Made by a program: the position numbers and the translations under genes. A DNA stretch of 63,790 nt, counting the filler, from Octopus bimaculoides (Eukaryota), in assembly GCF_001194135.2 (NCBI RefSeq). It is 5 parts of 5 records of this genome, joined end to end, with 100 filler letters (N's around TTAATTAATTAA, not from the genome) between each part and the next. Parts side by side here need not be neighbours in the genome. Positions count along the whole stretch, not along the records: positions 34,256 to 44,967 come from NC_068982.1; positions 45,068 to 59,298 come from NC_068985.1; 3 more parts are not named here. One strand, 5' to 3'. Positions 37,856 through 51,385 of this stretch are shown one piece after another. Within the stretch, counting starts at the first letter, position 1. Each line of letters opens with the position of its first letter. The notes under the pieces are model-generated. The model was not told the origin of the DNA. It saw nothing but the letters and a program-made list of their open reading frames with translations, and did no database searches.

Positions 37856-39499
37856 CCCTGGTGAAAATCGTGGTATATTTACAAAACATTGACGAACATT
37901 AGTTATATATTACTTAATGATTGTGTACTTGCACGTGTATGCGTTTGAGAGCGAGAGAGGTAGAGAGAGGGGGAGAAAGGAATAGAGGTAGTTAAAAGTT
38001 TTCTTATGACAGCTTCTCTTCACTGCCTATTACTTCATTAGAAATCTATGGATGCACTTACGCACATAATAGAGAAAAATTAAACAAATATGGACGACTT
38101 GCTCCGAAACACCACCGAGTGGGGAACACTTCTCAAAAATAACCTGCACTTGTTTCCTTCAAAATTCCTTCATGCTCGAAATGTACATATATCAAGGTAT
38201 ATTTGTAGAAAATTTCACGAAAATATAGTCATTTTCCTGGAAGATAAGAGAAATTTATGTGGAATTTCCGAAAATTGGCCCCCACCCCCTCCCAAAACAC
38301 TTGCACTGAAAATGTTTCTATATTCGGAATCTACATAATAAATAATATATGCATAGAAAATTTCATTAAAAAATATTCATTTTTCTGAAAGTTATGACCT
38401 TCCAAAATCGGTGGGTACAACTCTGTAGTTATGCCACATTGACGAACATGAATGATTGTGTTTACTTGCACGTGTATGCGTTTGAGAGAGCGAGAGAGGA
38501 AGAGGAGGAGATAGAGAACAGGAGCAATGTGTATGTTGTTGCCACAGATTACGTATGTGTGGTTGTGTGTATTTTTACGTATCAATGTTATGAAAAATAG
38601 GTAAAGAATACTGAGAAGAAAGTTTAATCTAGGACGTTGTATGTATCACTTTCTCTCTCTGTTGAGCGCGTGTGTAAGAATGCTGTTCCAGGTAGAAGGG
38701 AAGAAATATAAAAGTTGCTAGAAACAACAGCCAAATCTCCCTTAAATCACACAAAGTAAACGGAATTTTAAAAATCTAATTACTGCACTGGAATGTTCAG
38801 ATCGAGAAAATTCAATTGATGTAAAAAAATTTACGAAAAAGTGGAAAATGTCGATTTCTATAAACTTTTAAAAAGGCTTCACACAGACACACAGCTTCAG
38901 CTTTATATATTAAGATAAGATATACATATGCATGTAAACACCTTCTTCAAACTACTACCCAGCTTAAATTAAACACTTAATCAAATAATTTAATGCTATA
39001 ACACAGTGCCATCCATTTAATAATTTATATCCATTATTCTATATTTTACTTGTATAGGTTTGAGCAATAAATAACTATAACTCAGAAAAATAAGCAATTG
39101 ATCCGGTCTGTTCTATTTGTTGTCCTTTGTCAGAAAATCCTCCTTATTACGCCTTCCGACATAAATGAATCCTCTGTCTAGTTCCTATATTATGTTTAAC
39201 AATATAGCTGATTTGCCTCACAGATAGATATATATTTTACATTTCTATTTTTTATTTTTTGCATGTTTTCAATAATTTATTTTTTCTTATACTGTCCCTT
39301 AAGATCATATCCCCTTAGTCATATTGGTTTACTTATCGTACTTACTCACATACTCATTTATTTATTTACCTGTCTAAATTTAATTTAATTTAATTTAATC
39401 TAGCTTGAATGTTATTTTGTTCTTCTATTTGCCCATAGGGACCATGGATTTTCGTCCATTTATTTTTTAATTTATTTATTTATCTGATTTTGTTTATGT

Positions 39500-40215
39500 A
39501 TTATTTGTTAACCATCAACAAACCGGAACCGCGTAATAGATTTTAAACAAAAAAGCTGACCAATTAGGTTGCAGGACTGACCATAACCCCCACCCCACTG
39601 CACACAAGGGTTCAGGAACTTGTTGTTCAGAAAAATAACAAACACGAACACCATACTTTGGTCATAACCTGGTGCCATACTCTCTTTAGTACCAACTGGC
39701 ACCCTACATATAAACTTCCACCTTTGAAACACGGACCATACTTTCAAACTCACCACTGTAAACACAAACATAACGTGTATTTATATGTAAACAAAATAAG
39801 AACCACTGCCTAAATTTACCCTACCTAACAAATTCATCCTTAGAACGACTACACATAACTATCCACGACTGGACAAAATAATATGAATCTTAGAAGGCAA
39901 CACTTGAAGTCAATGACTTATTTCTCCTTCCTATACCTAATCCATTTTACTAAATTTTACTCGTCTCACACTCTAAGTCTTGCTCTTATTCTTCTTATGC
40001 CCTCTTCAATAGAAAAAATATACTGTACCTATTAGTAACTGACTCATGTATGTGTCAGCTCTCCAAAACATTTAGAATCCCTGATAAAGCCTAGACGCAC
40101 ACTCAACATCCAAACTCTATCAACCCATCACTACAGAACACTGAAGAGACGGCGCTAGCATGGAGGATATCATGGCCTCTTGAGAGAAACGGCCGTAAGG
40201 AACAAATCTTTTAAT
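39500..40215 (+). mobile_element. Possible Penelope-like terminal repeat (pLTR) remnant
   Basis: C/A-rich body ending in a degenerate hammerhead-like module CTGAAGAG...GAAAC GGCC GTA. Confidence 0.4.
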
Positions 40216-40525
40216 CTTTTCCTCTTTTATGTATTACTAGTATATATTTGTGTAGGACACAGTCTTTGCATGTGTATGTGTTCTTATAATATGATAATAC
40301 TCCCTTTTGTTTTGGAATAAATAGACATAACAGAATGTCTACCGACTAATGTATGTCATTTTTGTATCCCCTTCATTTTCTTTTTGTCATATATATATAT
40401 ATTATATATATTGTGTTGAAACCATAGTGATATCCGTGGGGCAGCTGATGATGGAGGTGTGTTGGATTGTTGGTATGGCTGTTATTGTGTGTGCGGAATA
40501 GTTTTATAAGACATTCATTTGATAT

Positions 40526-43500
40526 ATCATCATCATCATCGTTTAACATGCCACGAAGGACAGTCAGGAGGTACTGGCAACAGCCACACTTGAAATGGTG
40601 TATTTTACGTACCACCTGCACAGGAGCCAGTCCAGTGATACTGGCAACGAACTCGCTCGAATGCCTTTTCACATGCCCACTGCCACAAGTGCCAGGAAGG
40701 CGACGTTGGTAACGGTCACGCTCAAATGGTGCTATTTACGTACCACCAGCACGAAAGCCAGACAGCTGGTACTCTGGCAACGATCACGCTCAGACGATGC
40801 TCTTAGTGATTTACTGGTACTGGTGCCATCACGATTTCGCTTTCGCTTGCCCCAACAGGTCTTCGCAAGCTGAGTTTAGTGTTCAATGAAGATGTTGGCA
40901 TGGGTGCCAGTCTACAAATTTAGTTCGATTTTGATTTCGATTTCACTTGCCTCAACAGGTCTTTGCAAGTGGAGTTCAGTGTCCAAAGAAGGAATGTTAC
41001 GCATAAGTGGGCTGGCTACATCCCTGGCAGAGGCCTTGGATTTTGGTCTCACTTGGCTTGCCGGGTCTTCTCACGCACAGCATATTTCCAAAGGTCTCGG
41101 TCAGAAGTCATTGCCCCGGTGAGGCCTAAAGTTTGGAGGTCGTGCTTCACCATCTCATCCCAGGTCTTCCTGGGCCTGCCTCTTCCATGGGTTCCCTCAA
41201 CCGCTAGGGTGTGGCACTTTTTCACACAGCTATCCTCATCCATTCTGGCCACATGTCCATACCAGCGCAATCATCTCTCTTGCACACCACAACTTTTCTC
41301 TCAAGATACTTACACTCAGTCGGGAATGCACACTGACATTACTCATCTATCGGAGCATACTGGTTTCATTCCTTGCGAGCTTACGCATGTCCTCAGCAGT
41401 CAAGGCCCATGTTTCGCTGCCATGTAGCATTGCTGTTTGTACACATGCGTCATACAGTCTTCCTTTTAGTCTGAGCGAGAGGCCCTTTGTCGCCAGCAGA
41501 GGTTAGAGCTCTCTGAACTTTGCCCAGGCTATACTTATTCTAGCAGCTACACTTTCAGCGCACCCACCCCCACTACTAACTTGGTCACCCAGATAGCGGA
41601 AGCTATCAACTACCTCTAGTTTTTCTCCCTGGAATGAGACAGAAGTTGTTTTCTGCATATTTTCAATGTTTATTGCACCTGAACGTCTGCCACATACAAA
41701 TACTAACTTCCTAGTTAACCTGCCTTTGATGTTGCTGCACCTCTTATATGTCCATAGCTTGCACTGGGTACATCTTATAGAGTTTCTACCTACACCTTTT
41801 CTACAGATCAAGCAGGGCCATCTACCTGAAGGGGTCTGTGTTTTGTCTACCTTCCTACTTATTAGAACTTCAGTTTTAGCTAAGTTGACTCTAAGGCCCT
41901 TCGATTCTAGTCCCTGCTTCCACACCTGAAACTTATCCTCTAGTTCTGATAGTGATTCAGCAATTAGTTCAAGGTCATCAGCATAGAGAAGCTCCCAGGG
42001 GCATCCTGTCTTGAATTCCTCTGTTATCGCCTGGACGACTATGATAAATAGGAGGGGGCTGAGGACAGAACCTTGGTGGACCCTTACCTCTACCCGGAAT
42101 TCTTCACTGTACTCATTGCCAACCCTCACCTTACTGACAGCGTCTCTGTACATGGCTCGCACAGCTCTCACTAACCATTCTTCTATCCCTAGTTTCCTCA
42201 TTGACCACCAGATAAGGAATCGGGGGGACCCTGTCAAAGGCTTTCTCCATGTCAACGAAAGCCAGGTACAGAAGTTTATCCTTGGCTAGGTATTTCTCCT
42301 GCAGTTGTCTTACCAGAAATATAGCATCAGTGGTGCCTGGCATGAACCCAAACTGCATCTCATCTAAGCTGACTTGCTCCCTAATTAGTTGGGCTATGAC
42401 CCTCTCCATGACATTCATTACCTGATCCAACAACTTGATACCTCTGTAATTATTTGTATCTAAGGTGTCACCTTTACCTTTCTAACAGTTGACTATGGTG
42501 CTGCCACACCAGTCATTGGGTATGACTCATTCGTGTATCACCTGGTTAACAATATGGGTGACTAGGCTATAGCCGACACTACCAGATAATTTGAGCATCT
42601 CTGCGATTATTCCTGATGAGCCGGGGGCTTTCTCTGTCTTCATACTCATAATTGCTTTATCTACCATGGAACTGTCAACTCGGATAGCTGGTTCCTCTGT
42701 TGGGTCGACATTCGGCAGACTCTCTTTCTCCCATTCATTCTCTTTATTGAACAACCTTTCATAGTGGCGTCTCCAGACCTCTTTCTTTGCAGCCTCATTT
42801 AGTGCAAGCGTACCATCATCTATGCAGACACATTTCTCTCCTACAACATCATGATTCTCTCTCACACACGTCTTGCAACACGAAATACTTCAAGTCTTTG
42901 ATCCTCACGGCGCAGAACATAGGTAAACTTTTTCTTATCTGCTTCCCCTCTGACTAGATAAACCTGTCTCCTAGCTTCCCTTCTAGCAGTCTGATACAAT
43001 TCCCTGCTACCTCCGTTCTTCCAGTCCTTCCAAGCCTGTTTCTTTTGTCTAATAGCCCTGTCAACCACACTGTTCCACCATCAAGTTACTTTGGGTCGAG
43101 AGGGGACTTTACACCAGCCACAGATCTGGTCGGTGGTACTGAGCAGGTTGTTCCGTAGGAACCTCCAGTAGTATTCCATGTTGTATGATGCTATATCCCC
43201 TTCTTTTTCATCAAATACTTCAAGTGGTATGTCTCTAAATCTCTGTCCATTTGCTGGATCTTTAAGTTTCCAAACCCTTCTCCTCCAAGTCGGTCTACTT
43301 CTGGGCATCCTTTTTGCCTTGATCCCGAAGTCGCTAACTACTAATCTGTGTTGAGGGGTACATTCTTCTCCAGGGAAGGTTTTGGCATTTATAAGCCGCA
43401 CTCTTTCCCTATTTCTGGCGAGGATGTAGTCGATTTGGCTAGAGTGTCTGCCGGAGTGGTAGGTGACAAGTAGGTTTCCTGAAGTTGGTATTGCAAACCA

Positions 43501-43790
43501 TAAGATCGTTTGCATCACAGAACTCCAGCAGTCTAGTTCCCTTCTCATTGCGGGAACCGAAGCCATAGCCTCCATGTATGCCATGGAAGGCCACTGCATG
43601 ATGCCCAACATAAACATCGAAATCACCAGCCACAAAGACAAGGTCCCTGTCATTCGTCAACGAGGTAGTTTGCAGGAGGGTGTCGTAGAATTGGTCTTTC
43701 TGCCCATCCGGTAGCCCCGGTTGAGGGGTATAGGCCAAGATGACAGTAGCTAACCTATGACAAAGCACTAGCCTAATCTTAAGTGCTCTG
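40526..43790 (-). mobile_element. RTE LINE, 5'-truncated within the APE endonuclease, with frameshifts
   Basis: APE motifs (AYTPQPG, VAGDF, GFGSRN..GTRLLEFCDANDL, SQIDYIL), RT motifs (QGSVLSPLLF, LLYADDL), and 3' tail GTTAAACGATGATGATGATG. Confidence 0.95.
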
Positions 43791-43791
43791 T

Positions 43792-43852
<61 letters not shown>

Positions 43853-43879
43853 ATACATATATATATATACATACATACA

Positions 43880-44703
43880 TAAATATGACTGAGGACGGGT
43901 GAAACCACATGGCTACACCAGGCTCCAATATGATTTGGCAGAGTTTCTACAGCTGGATGCCCTTCCTAACGCCAACCACTCCGAGAGTATAGTGGCTGCT
44001 TTTACGTGCCACCGGCACGAAGGCCAGCAGGCAGTACTGGCAACGGCCACACTCAAAATGGTGTATTTTACATGCCACCTGCACAGGAGCCAGTTTGGCG
44101 GCACTGGCAACAATCTTGCTCGAATGTCTTTACACGTGCCATCCAGCACAAGTGCCAGAAAGGCGATGCTGGGCACAGGTGCCATTGACGGTTTCGCTTT
44201 CGCTTGCGCCAATAGGTCTTCACAAGCCGAGTTTCGTTTCCAATGAAGGAGACAACGTTGGCATGGGTGCCAGTCGTCGAATTTAATTTGATTTCAATTT
44301 CACTTGCCTCAACAGGTCTTCGCAAGCAGAGTTTAGTGTCCAATGAAGGAAGGTACGTATAAGTGAGCAGCCTGAGGCCTTCGATTTAGGTCTCACTTGG
44401 CTTGCTGAGTCTTCTCACGCACAGCATATTTCCAAAGGTCTCGGTCAGAAGTCATCGCCTTGGTGAGGCCCAATGTTCAAAAGTCGTGCCTCACCACCTC
44501 ATCCCAGGTCTTCCTGGGCCTACCTCTTCCATAGGTTCCCTCAACTGCTAGGGTGTGGCACCTTTTCACACAGCTATCCTCATCCATTCTCGCTACATGA
44601 CCACACCAACGCAATCGTCTTTCTTGCACACCACAAGTGTTGCTTCTTAAGTTCAAATTTTCTCTCAAGGTATTAACACTGTCTAGTATGCACACTGACA
44701 TTA
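43880..44703 (-). mobile_element. Second RTE 3' fragment, same family and orientation
   Basis: QERRLRWCGHVARMDEDSCVKRCHTLAVEGTYGRGRPRKTWDEVVRHD plus the 3' UTR matching 40.6-41.3 kb. Confidence 0.9.
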
Positions 44704-44967
44704 CACATTTATATATAATATATATATATATAATATATATATCTAATATATATATATATATATATATTTTGTTTATAGTTTCAGCTTAGAACTGCAGCCA
44801 TGCTGATGCACCGCCGTGTTGCTACACTGTTATTACGGGGAGCCTCCTACAATATGTGGCACTTGGTGAAGAATGAAGTTTGATTTAGCAACCCTCATTT
44901 GCACCTCTTGCTGTGAGGTAGGTTCATCTGGGACTCTCGACAGGAAGAGGTCCAATTTGATTTTAAA

Positions 44968-45067
44968 NNNNNNNNNNNNNNNNNNNNNNNNNNNNNNNNN
45001 NNNNNNNNNNNTTAATTAATTAANNNNNNNNNNNNNNNNNNNNNNNNNNNNNNNNNNNNNNNNNNNN
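44968..45067. other. Artificial scaffold join (N44-TTAATTAATTAA-N44)
   Basis: Same 100-bp spacer. Confidence 0.95.
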
Positions 45068-45094
<27 letters not shown>

Positions 45095-45098
<4 letters not shown>

Positions 45099-45325
45099 GT
45101 GTGTGTGCCTTCGTGTCTGTGTTTGTCCCCCCACCCCACCCACTATCGCTTGACAACCGATGTTGGTGCGTTTATGTCCCCGAAACTTAGCGGTTTGGTA
45201 CCAAAGATAGACAGAATAAGTACCAAGCTTATAAAGAATAAGTCTTGGGAGCGATTTCTTCGACTAAATGTGGTACTCCAGCATGGCCGCAGTCAAATGA
45301 CTGAGACGTGTAAAAGAGTAACTGA
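45095..45325 (+). mobile_element. SINE family B, 3' half
   Basis: GTGTTTGTCCCC...GCTTGACAACCGATG...CAGCATGGCCGCAGTCAAATGACTGAGAC. Confidence 0.8.
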
Positions 45326-46503
45326 GCGGATGAGATATAATCTTCGCCCGGATAAGACCCTAGTTTATCAAAACTATTTTTGTCAACAAAATAGTTAAGC
45401 CTTATACTATTAACTCATAAATTATATTCCCATTAGATTTAGGACTTCAATTCGTACAATAGTTGTCATTTCGTCAGAACCCTGAACAGTAACACTTCAT
45501 TCACATTTCCTAATTTAACACAATATGTACCTCAATTTTATGTTAATACTTCCTAAGTAGCCTAGAGGTTAAAGTGTTTGGCTCATGGAAGTTAGATCAT
45601 GGGTTCAATTCCTGGACTGAGCGGCATGCACTCTTATAGAGCAAGGCACTTCATTTCATGTTGTTTCAATCTATTCAGCTGTAAATGAGCACTTGCCGGG
45701 TGCTGGTGCAGCCTCCTCTTTCTACCCAGCTTTCACATTCTGGATGTTCTGCTGAAGTCCAAGAGTGTGTCTGCTTGCGACTACATAGGCACCTAAAACA
45801 ATTGGCAAATGCATGATACATTTTAACGAGCCATACTTGCGAGCGTCAGTAGACAGCACGATTTCCTAAGACAGGCTGATATTCAGTCATAGAAATGTAG
45901 GAGTTTCTCATTAAATGACTTGATGCGATTAAACAGAAGGTAAACACTGAGAAATTCAAGCCCCTAAGTTCATTTTATTTATTGTTGTGTTTGAAGAACA
46001 AACTTTGTAAAGAAAACTAACAGAAATACCAAAGTACAGGAAATCCTCGCGTTACGGGATTAATACGATCTTGAAAATCTTATCGTAGCGTCAAATTCCA
46101 TAGCGCAAAATTAACTTTCCCATTATAGTGTGATAACAATAACAACGCAAAACAAGCAATACGACTACTATTATGCATGAAAATTAACAGTTTGTATGCA
46201 TAAAATCATTTCAAGATGGTGGTGGTGGTGGTGGTGGTTTTATTGTTCTTGATAATTGTGTTGCTGTTTAGTCTCAAGTCAATCCTCATTGACCTAAGAT
46301 CAAAGACATCTCATTCAAGTGAATAACATAATCTCATAAGGTTGTCCTTTATTTTAGATGGACTTGCTTATCTTGCTCATACTATTGTTGCTGCTGTTAC
46401 TGGTCGTTAAAGACTTGATGAGTTGGAGGTAGCAGTAGTTGGATTAGTTTTGGTATTGGTGATGGTGGTGTTGAAGACACAAAGTGGTGGTGATGAAGAT
46501 TGG

Positions 46504-46505
<2 letters not shown>

Positions 46506-46592
<87 letters not shown>
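46506..46592. repeat. (CA)n microsatellite
   Basis: Direct reading. Confidence 0.95.
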
Positions 46593-46595
<3 letters not shown>

Positions 46596-46877
46596 TCGGT
46601 AGAATAAATTAAATACTAAGATAGAGAGATACTCATTTTGACTCAAAATATATACGCGAACACATGCACAACTATTCATAGTGAAAAAAGTCTTAAAATT
46701 AATCCAAGTTTCTGCTGTAAGGGCGAAGTTATAGAACGTATCCCGAGCACAAAGTCCTGTAACATAATGCAACCGTAATGTATTTCAGTACTTTATTTTA
46801 AAGACTGGTTCAAAATGTTTAGGATTTCTAAGTTTGAATTGTGAGTTCTGTAATCTTTTCTTTCTGTTGATACTTAC

Positions 46878-46981
46878 CCTAGATAGACCCATGTAAAATG
46901 GATCAACATCGTTCCTGCAAAGGAGCACCCTATGGAAGCAACTGTAGCCTGTTCCATCATTGGTTGATGATACTCAGGTAC
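46878..46981 (-). CDS. Candidate 104-bp exon with a hydrophobic segment (TM1-like or signal-peptide-like)
   Basis: tgtttcgtttcaaacAG|GTACCT...TCTAGG|GTAAGT. Only frame 0 is open: VPEYHQPMMEQATVASIGCSFAGTMLIHFTWVYLG. Confidence 0.55.
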
Positions 46982-47129
46982 CTGTTTGAAACGAAACATT
47001 AAGGGTTAACATAGAGAAACAAAAGTACACAGGGTCACGTTTGGAATGATGCTGCATAGTGTGAAACGAGAAAAAAACACATGCGAAGAAATATTTGGGT
47101 AAACATATAATACATACAGTGAAAGTGCA

Positions 47130-47465
47130 TGACTTAGTGGTTAGAGCGTCCGGTTTACAATCGTTAGGTTTTGAGTTTGATTCCTGAGCCGGGCTGTGTA
47201 TTGTGTCCTTGAGCAAGGTACTTTGTTTCATGTTGCTCCAGTTCATTCAGCTCTGAAAATGAGTTGCAACATCACTGGTGCCAAGCTGTATTGGTCTTTA
47301 CCTTTCTCTTGAACAACATCGGTGGCATGGAGAGGGGAGACTGATATGCATGGACGACTACTGGTCTTCTACAAAATAACCTTACCCAGACTTGTGCCTC
47401 GGAGGGAAACTTTCTAGGTGCAATCCCATGGTCATTCGTAACCGAAGGGAGTCTTTACTCTTTAA
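47130..47465 (+). mobile_element. tRNA-derived SINE family C, near full length
   Basis: GACTTAGTGGTTAGAGCG...GAGTTTGATTCC head, CTTGAGCAAGG..CTT..TTTCATGTTGCTCCAGTTCATTCAGCT core. Confidence 0.8.
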
Positions 47466-48011
47466 TATAATACATACTTGTACTGAAACATAATGTACAC
47501 TCTATTGGAATCGGATCGGAGAAGTAAAAGTTTGGCTAGCCCAGAAATTGATTGAACTTAAAACTTAGATTTATGAAAGTAATCATTGTCAAACATTAGT
47601 ATAGTGATTGACTGCTTGTGCCATCATATCAGTTGTCATTTACAATCATGACATTTCTTTTTCTGGTCGACATATATCGATAACCCGAGCAAGGAATTCT
47701 CAAACCGTAGATCGCATGTTCTTTAACAAATAACATCGCTGCAATGGACTGACAGAATTGTCGGAGCGTCAGAAAAAAGTACTTTGCGGTATTTGTTCCA
47801 ATCCTTTACGGTCTGAACTCGAATCTTTCAAGATCAACTTCATATTCCGGGATCGATAAGTAAAGTACCAGTCAAAAACTGGAGTCGAAGACTAACTCTT
47901 TTCTCAAAACTACTGGCTTTGTGCTGTCATCATCATCTTCTTCATCATTATCCTCCTCTTCCTCTCCATTATCATCATCATTGTTACTACTACTACTACT
48001 ACTACTACTAC

Positions 48012-48059
<48 letters not shown>

Positions 48060-48060
<1 letters not shown>

Positions 48061-48285
48061 GGTAAGGTGGCGAACTGGCAGAATCGTTAGCACACCGGGC
48101 GAAATGCTTGACGTATTTCGTCTACCGCTACGTTCTAAGTTCGAATTCCGCCGAGGCCAATTTTGCTTTTCATCCTTTCGGGGTCGATGAAATTAGTACC
48201 AGTTACGCACTGGAGTCGATGTAATTGACTTAATCTCTTCCCACAGATTTGAGGCCTTGTGCTTCCAGTAGAAACGATTATTATT
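48060..48285 (+). mobile_element. SINE family A, near full length, downstream of (TTA)n
   Basis: TGGCAGAATCGTTAG...GTTCGAATTCC...TTTCATCCTTTCGGGGTCGATGAAATTAGTACCAG. Confidence 0.85.
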
Positions 48286-48421
48286 GTTTTACTTCTCAGG
48301 TCGGTCTGTTTGTTCTGGTAGATTCTGTGAGAGTGAACAGCAGACTGTTGTCAGAGGTCTCACAGGGTCTCTTTCCGCACATTATAAGCTTTGATACTTG
48401 GTTATTATTATTATTATTATT

Positions 48422-51290
48422 GTCTTTGCACAGCTTCTAACGCTGGAGATGTACTACAGTGTCAGTTGTTCACTACCAGTGAACTAAGGTAACACCCCTT
48501 ATTTTTCGAACATCATCCAGAGTATTCGAGTGGTTCCAAGCAGTGTTGTTTTCTGCAAGTGCTCCACCTTTATTGCAGCCCCTATTTGTTCTATGTACTT
48601 CTCAAGATTTTTACTCACTGTTCCCAGGGCTCCGACAATTATTGGTACTACTACCACCTTTTTCAGCGACTACAACTGCTTAACTTCCCAAGCTAACCTG
48701 TTATATCTATCAACTTTTCTTTCTTCCTTATCGTATACCTTGTTGTCAGCTGGGCATGCTATTATCTATGATCCAGCATCGTTTGCTTTCTTTCTCAGTT
48801 AAGACTATGACTGGTTTCCTATTCTCTATCTTGTGGTCGCACTGAATCATAAAATCCCATAGGATCTTTGCATTATCATTTTCGATGATGCCTTCGGGTT
48901 TATGTTCGTACCATTCTTTTGCTTTGTCAAGCCCATACTTGTAGCAAAGTGTCCAATGGACAATCCTTGCTATATTGTCATGACGTCTCTTATATTCTTT
49001 CTGGGCCAATGGCGTACATTGATTGATAATATCCCATACGGTTTCACCATTTTGTCCACAAATTCTGCACTTTTCACTTTCTGATGTGTTGTCTATTCTG
49101 TATTTGATGTAATTGGTTCTTAATGCTTGCTCTTGGGCAGCACAGATTAGAGCCTCCGTTTCCGGTTTTAAATCACTTTTAGTCATCCATAGTCTTTTCT
49201 CTGTCTTATCTTCAACATCCCTATGAAATTGTCCATGCATTCTTTTCTTTATCCACCTATTTCTAGTTTCATTCCTTCTCAAGTGCTTGTACAGTGCTTT
49301 ATCTTTGCAATCTTCCATCCTACACAAGCCTGGCTTTCTTACTTCCAATAAGAGCGGTTCTGTGGCATTTTTTGTATATCATGCTGTGTTGTTTTCTTCT
49401 GCTCTAATGCTGTTTCCGCATCCAATCGGTCCTCTTCCCCCTTCTTTTTCTTGGTACATACAGTCTGTTTGTGTCACTTTTGGGGTGAAGTATCCCATAT
49501 CTAGTCAGCAACTTCTTTCTTTTTCTGTCTAAGCTGTTTAGTTCGTCTACTGTCCATGCGATTACCCCTGCCCCATATCTAAGGAGTGAAACCGCCCAGG
49601 TGTTGATAGCTTCAATCTTATTCCGTCCGTTTAATTTCTACTTAAGGATCATTCTCAGTCTGCGCAAGTACTCCACCTTAAAGTTTTCTGTCATTTATTT
49701 CTCCATCAATTTTTCCATTTCCAATATCCCCAAGTACTTATAACCTGTCTCTTCTATTTGATTCATAACCTCCCCCGACCGTATCGCTAGCCTGTCCATA
49801 CATTTGATTTTGCCTCTCTTCAAGACTAACACACCACACTTTTTTAGTCCGAAATCCATTCTGATATCAGCACTGAAAGTATACAACGTATCAACGAGGG
49901 AACTGACTTGGGATTCATCTTTACCATAAAGTTTGAGGTCATCCATGAATAACAAGTGGTTGACTTTTTGTTGGTGGCTCTTGAATACATACCCAGCCTT
50001 TGCTTTCCTCAGAATCAGTGTTGATGGTATCATGCACAGTACAAAGATCAATGGGGACAGGTAGTCACCTTGAAAGATGCCTCCTCTGATCTCTATTGTC
50101 CCTAAACTTCTTCCATATGCTATTAATTCCGTCCTCCACTTCGCCATACTTTTTCCAAGCAATCGTTCAACATTCGATGTAATACCAAATAGGTTCATAC
50201 ATTCCATAATTCAAGAATGTGGGATCATATCGTACGCCTTACGATAATCGATCCATGACATGGCTAAGTTAGTTTTCCTCCTCTTGCAGTCTCTAAGTAC
50301 AGTTTTGTCTACCAGAAGTTGATCCCTGATACCTCTGCACTTACGCTTGCAACCCTTCTGCTCATGTGGCAGGACTCCATTTTTTCCAGACGTCCGTACA
50401 TTGACTCTGCGACTATTCCAGTCAATAATTACCACATAAGTGGCAAGCATGATATTAGCCTGTAATTGTCTACCGTATTGCCTTTTTCGATGTTTTCAAA
50501 CAGAGCAATGTCCTGCCCATTTTCAACCACTCTGGTGTTACTTGGTCGGCATTTAACAAGATGTTGGGTTGTGCAGCTATTCATGCATGACATTCATCAA
50601 ATCTTTGGTCTCGGAGCCTTACAGTTGCCCATTTGTTTGCTGATTTCCTTCACTTCCCTAACCGAAATGACTAGTTCTGCCTGTTTTGGCCAGAGTACTG
50701 CTTGTTTCAGTTCTTGCAACCATTCAGCATCCTTCTTGTGCTTCTTGTCTTTGCTCCAGGTGTCACACCAAAACCTTTGACTTTCAATGTTATCTGGTAT
50801 CAACTTTTCATCTGTACACTCTCCTTTTATTTCTTTGTAGAATCTCTTATGATCTACTCTGAATAACCTATTCTGCTGGTAACCCTTCATTCTTTGGTCG
50901 TATCTTACCAACTTTGCTTTCTTTGCAACGAGGCGCTGTTTCAGTTCCTCCATTACCACTTTCAGACCCTGTCTTTTAATATCATACTTCCTGTTCAGTG
51001 CCCAGAATTTTTGATCGCTTTTAAGCTCTCCCTTCTCTTTTCAGTCTAACACAGAAATGACCTTCGAGAGCATATCTAATTCCGCCTGTATTCTTCTTTT
51101 CCACCATGGATCTTTTCTTTTGTCACTCCCATTATGTTTCTTTTTCTTGACATCAACACCCACATTTTCTGCTACAATAATACTTGCTGCCTTGATCAAA
51201 TTATTTGTTTCTGTGATGTTTTTTGTTCTGATGTATTTCATTGATGATGAATTTCATTCACATTTTTTGTTTCTTGGTTCAATTTCCACC
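48422..51290 (-). mobile_element. R4/Dong-type non-LTR retrotransposon, 5'-truncated, inserted in (TAA)n
   Basis: RT (GIFQGD.LSPL.F, HLLFMDDLKLY), zinc knuckle (CRICG...ET...I...C...KRRHD), REL endonuclease region (ILWDF..QCD...RKP.IV...K...IID); (TTA)n on both sides. Confidence 0.92.
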
Positions 51291-51300
51291 GATTAACATA

Positions 51301-51364
<64 letters not shown>

Positions 51365-51385
51365 CATTATTATTATTATTATTAT

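Larger units (their letters stand above)
36343..38915 (-). mobile_element. Non-autonomous Helitron unit Y, head-to-tail with unit X
   Basis: Minus strand begins A|TCTTAATATATAAAGCTGAAG at 38915 and ends with hairpin CCCGGACAAGGTCGGG plus TTAG|T at about 36343-36372. Confidence 0.8.
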
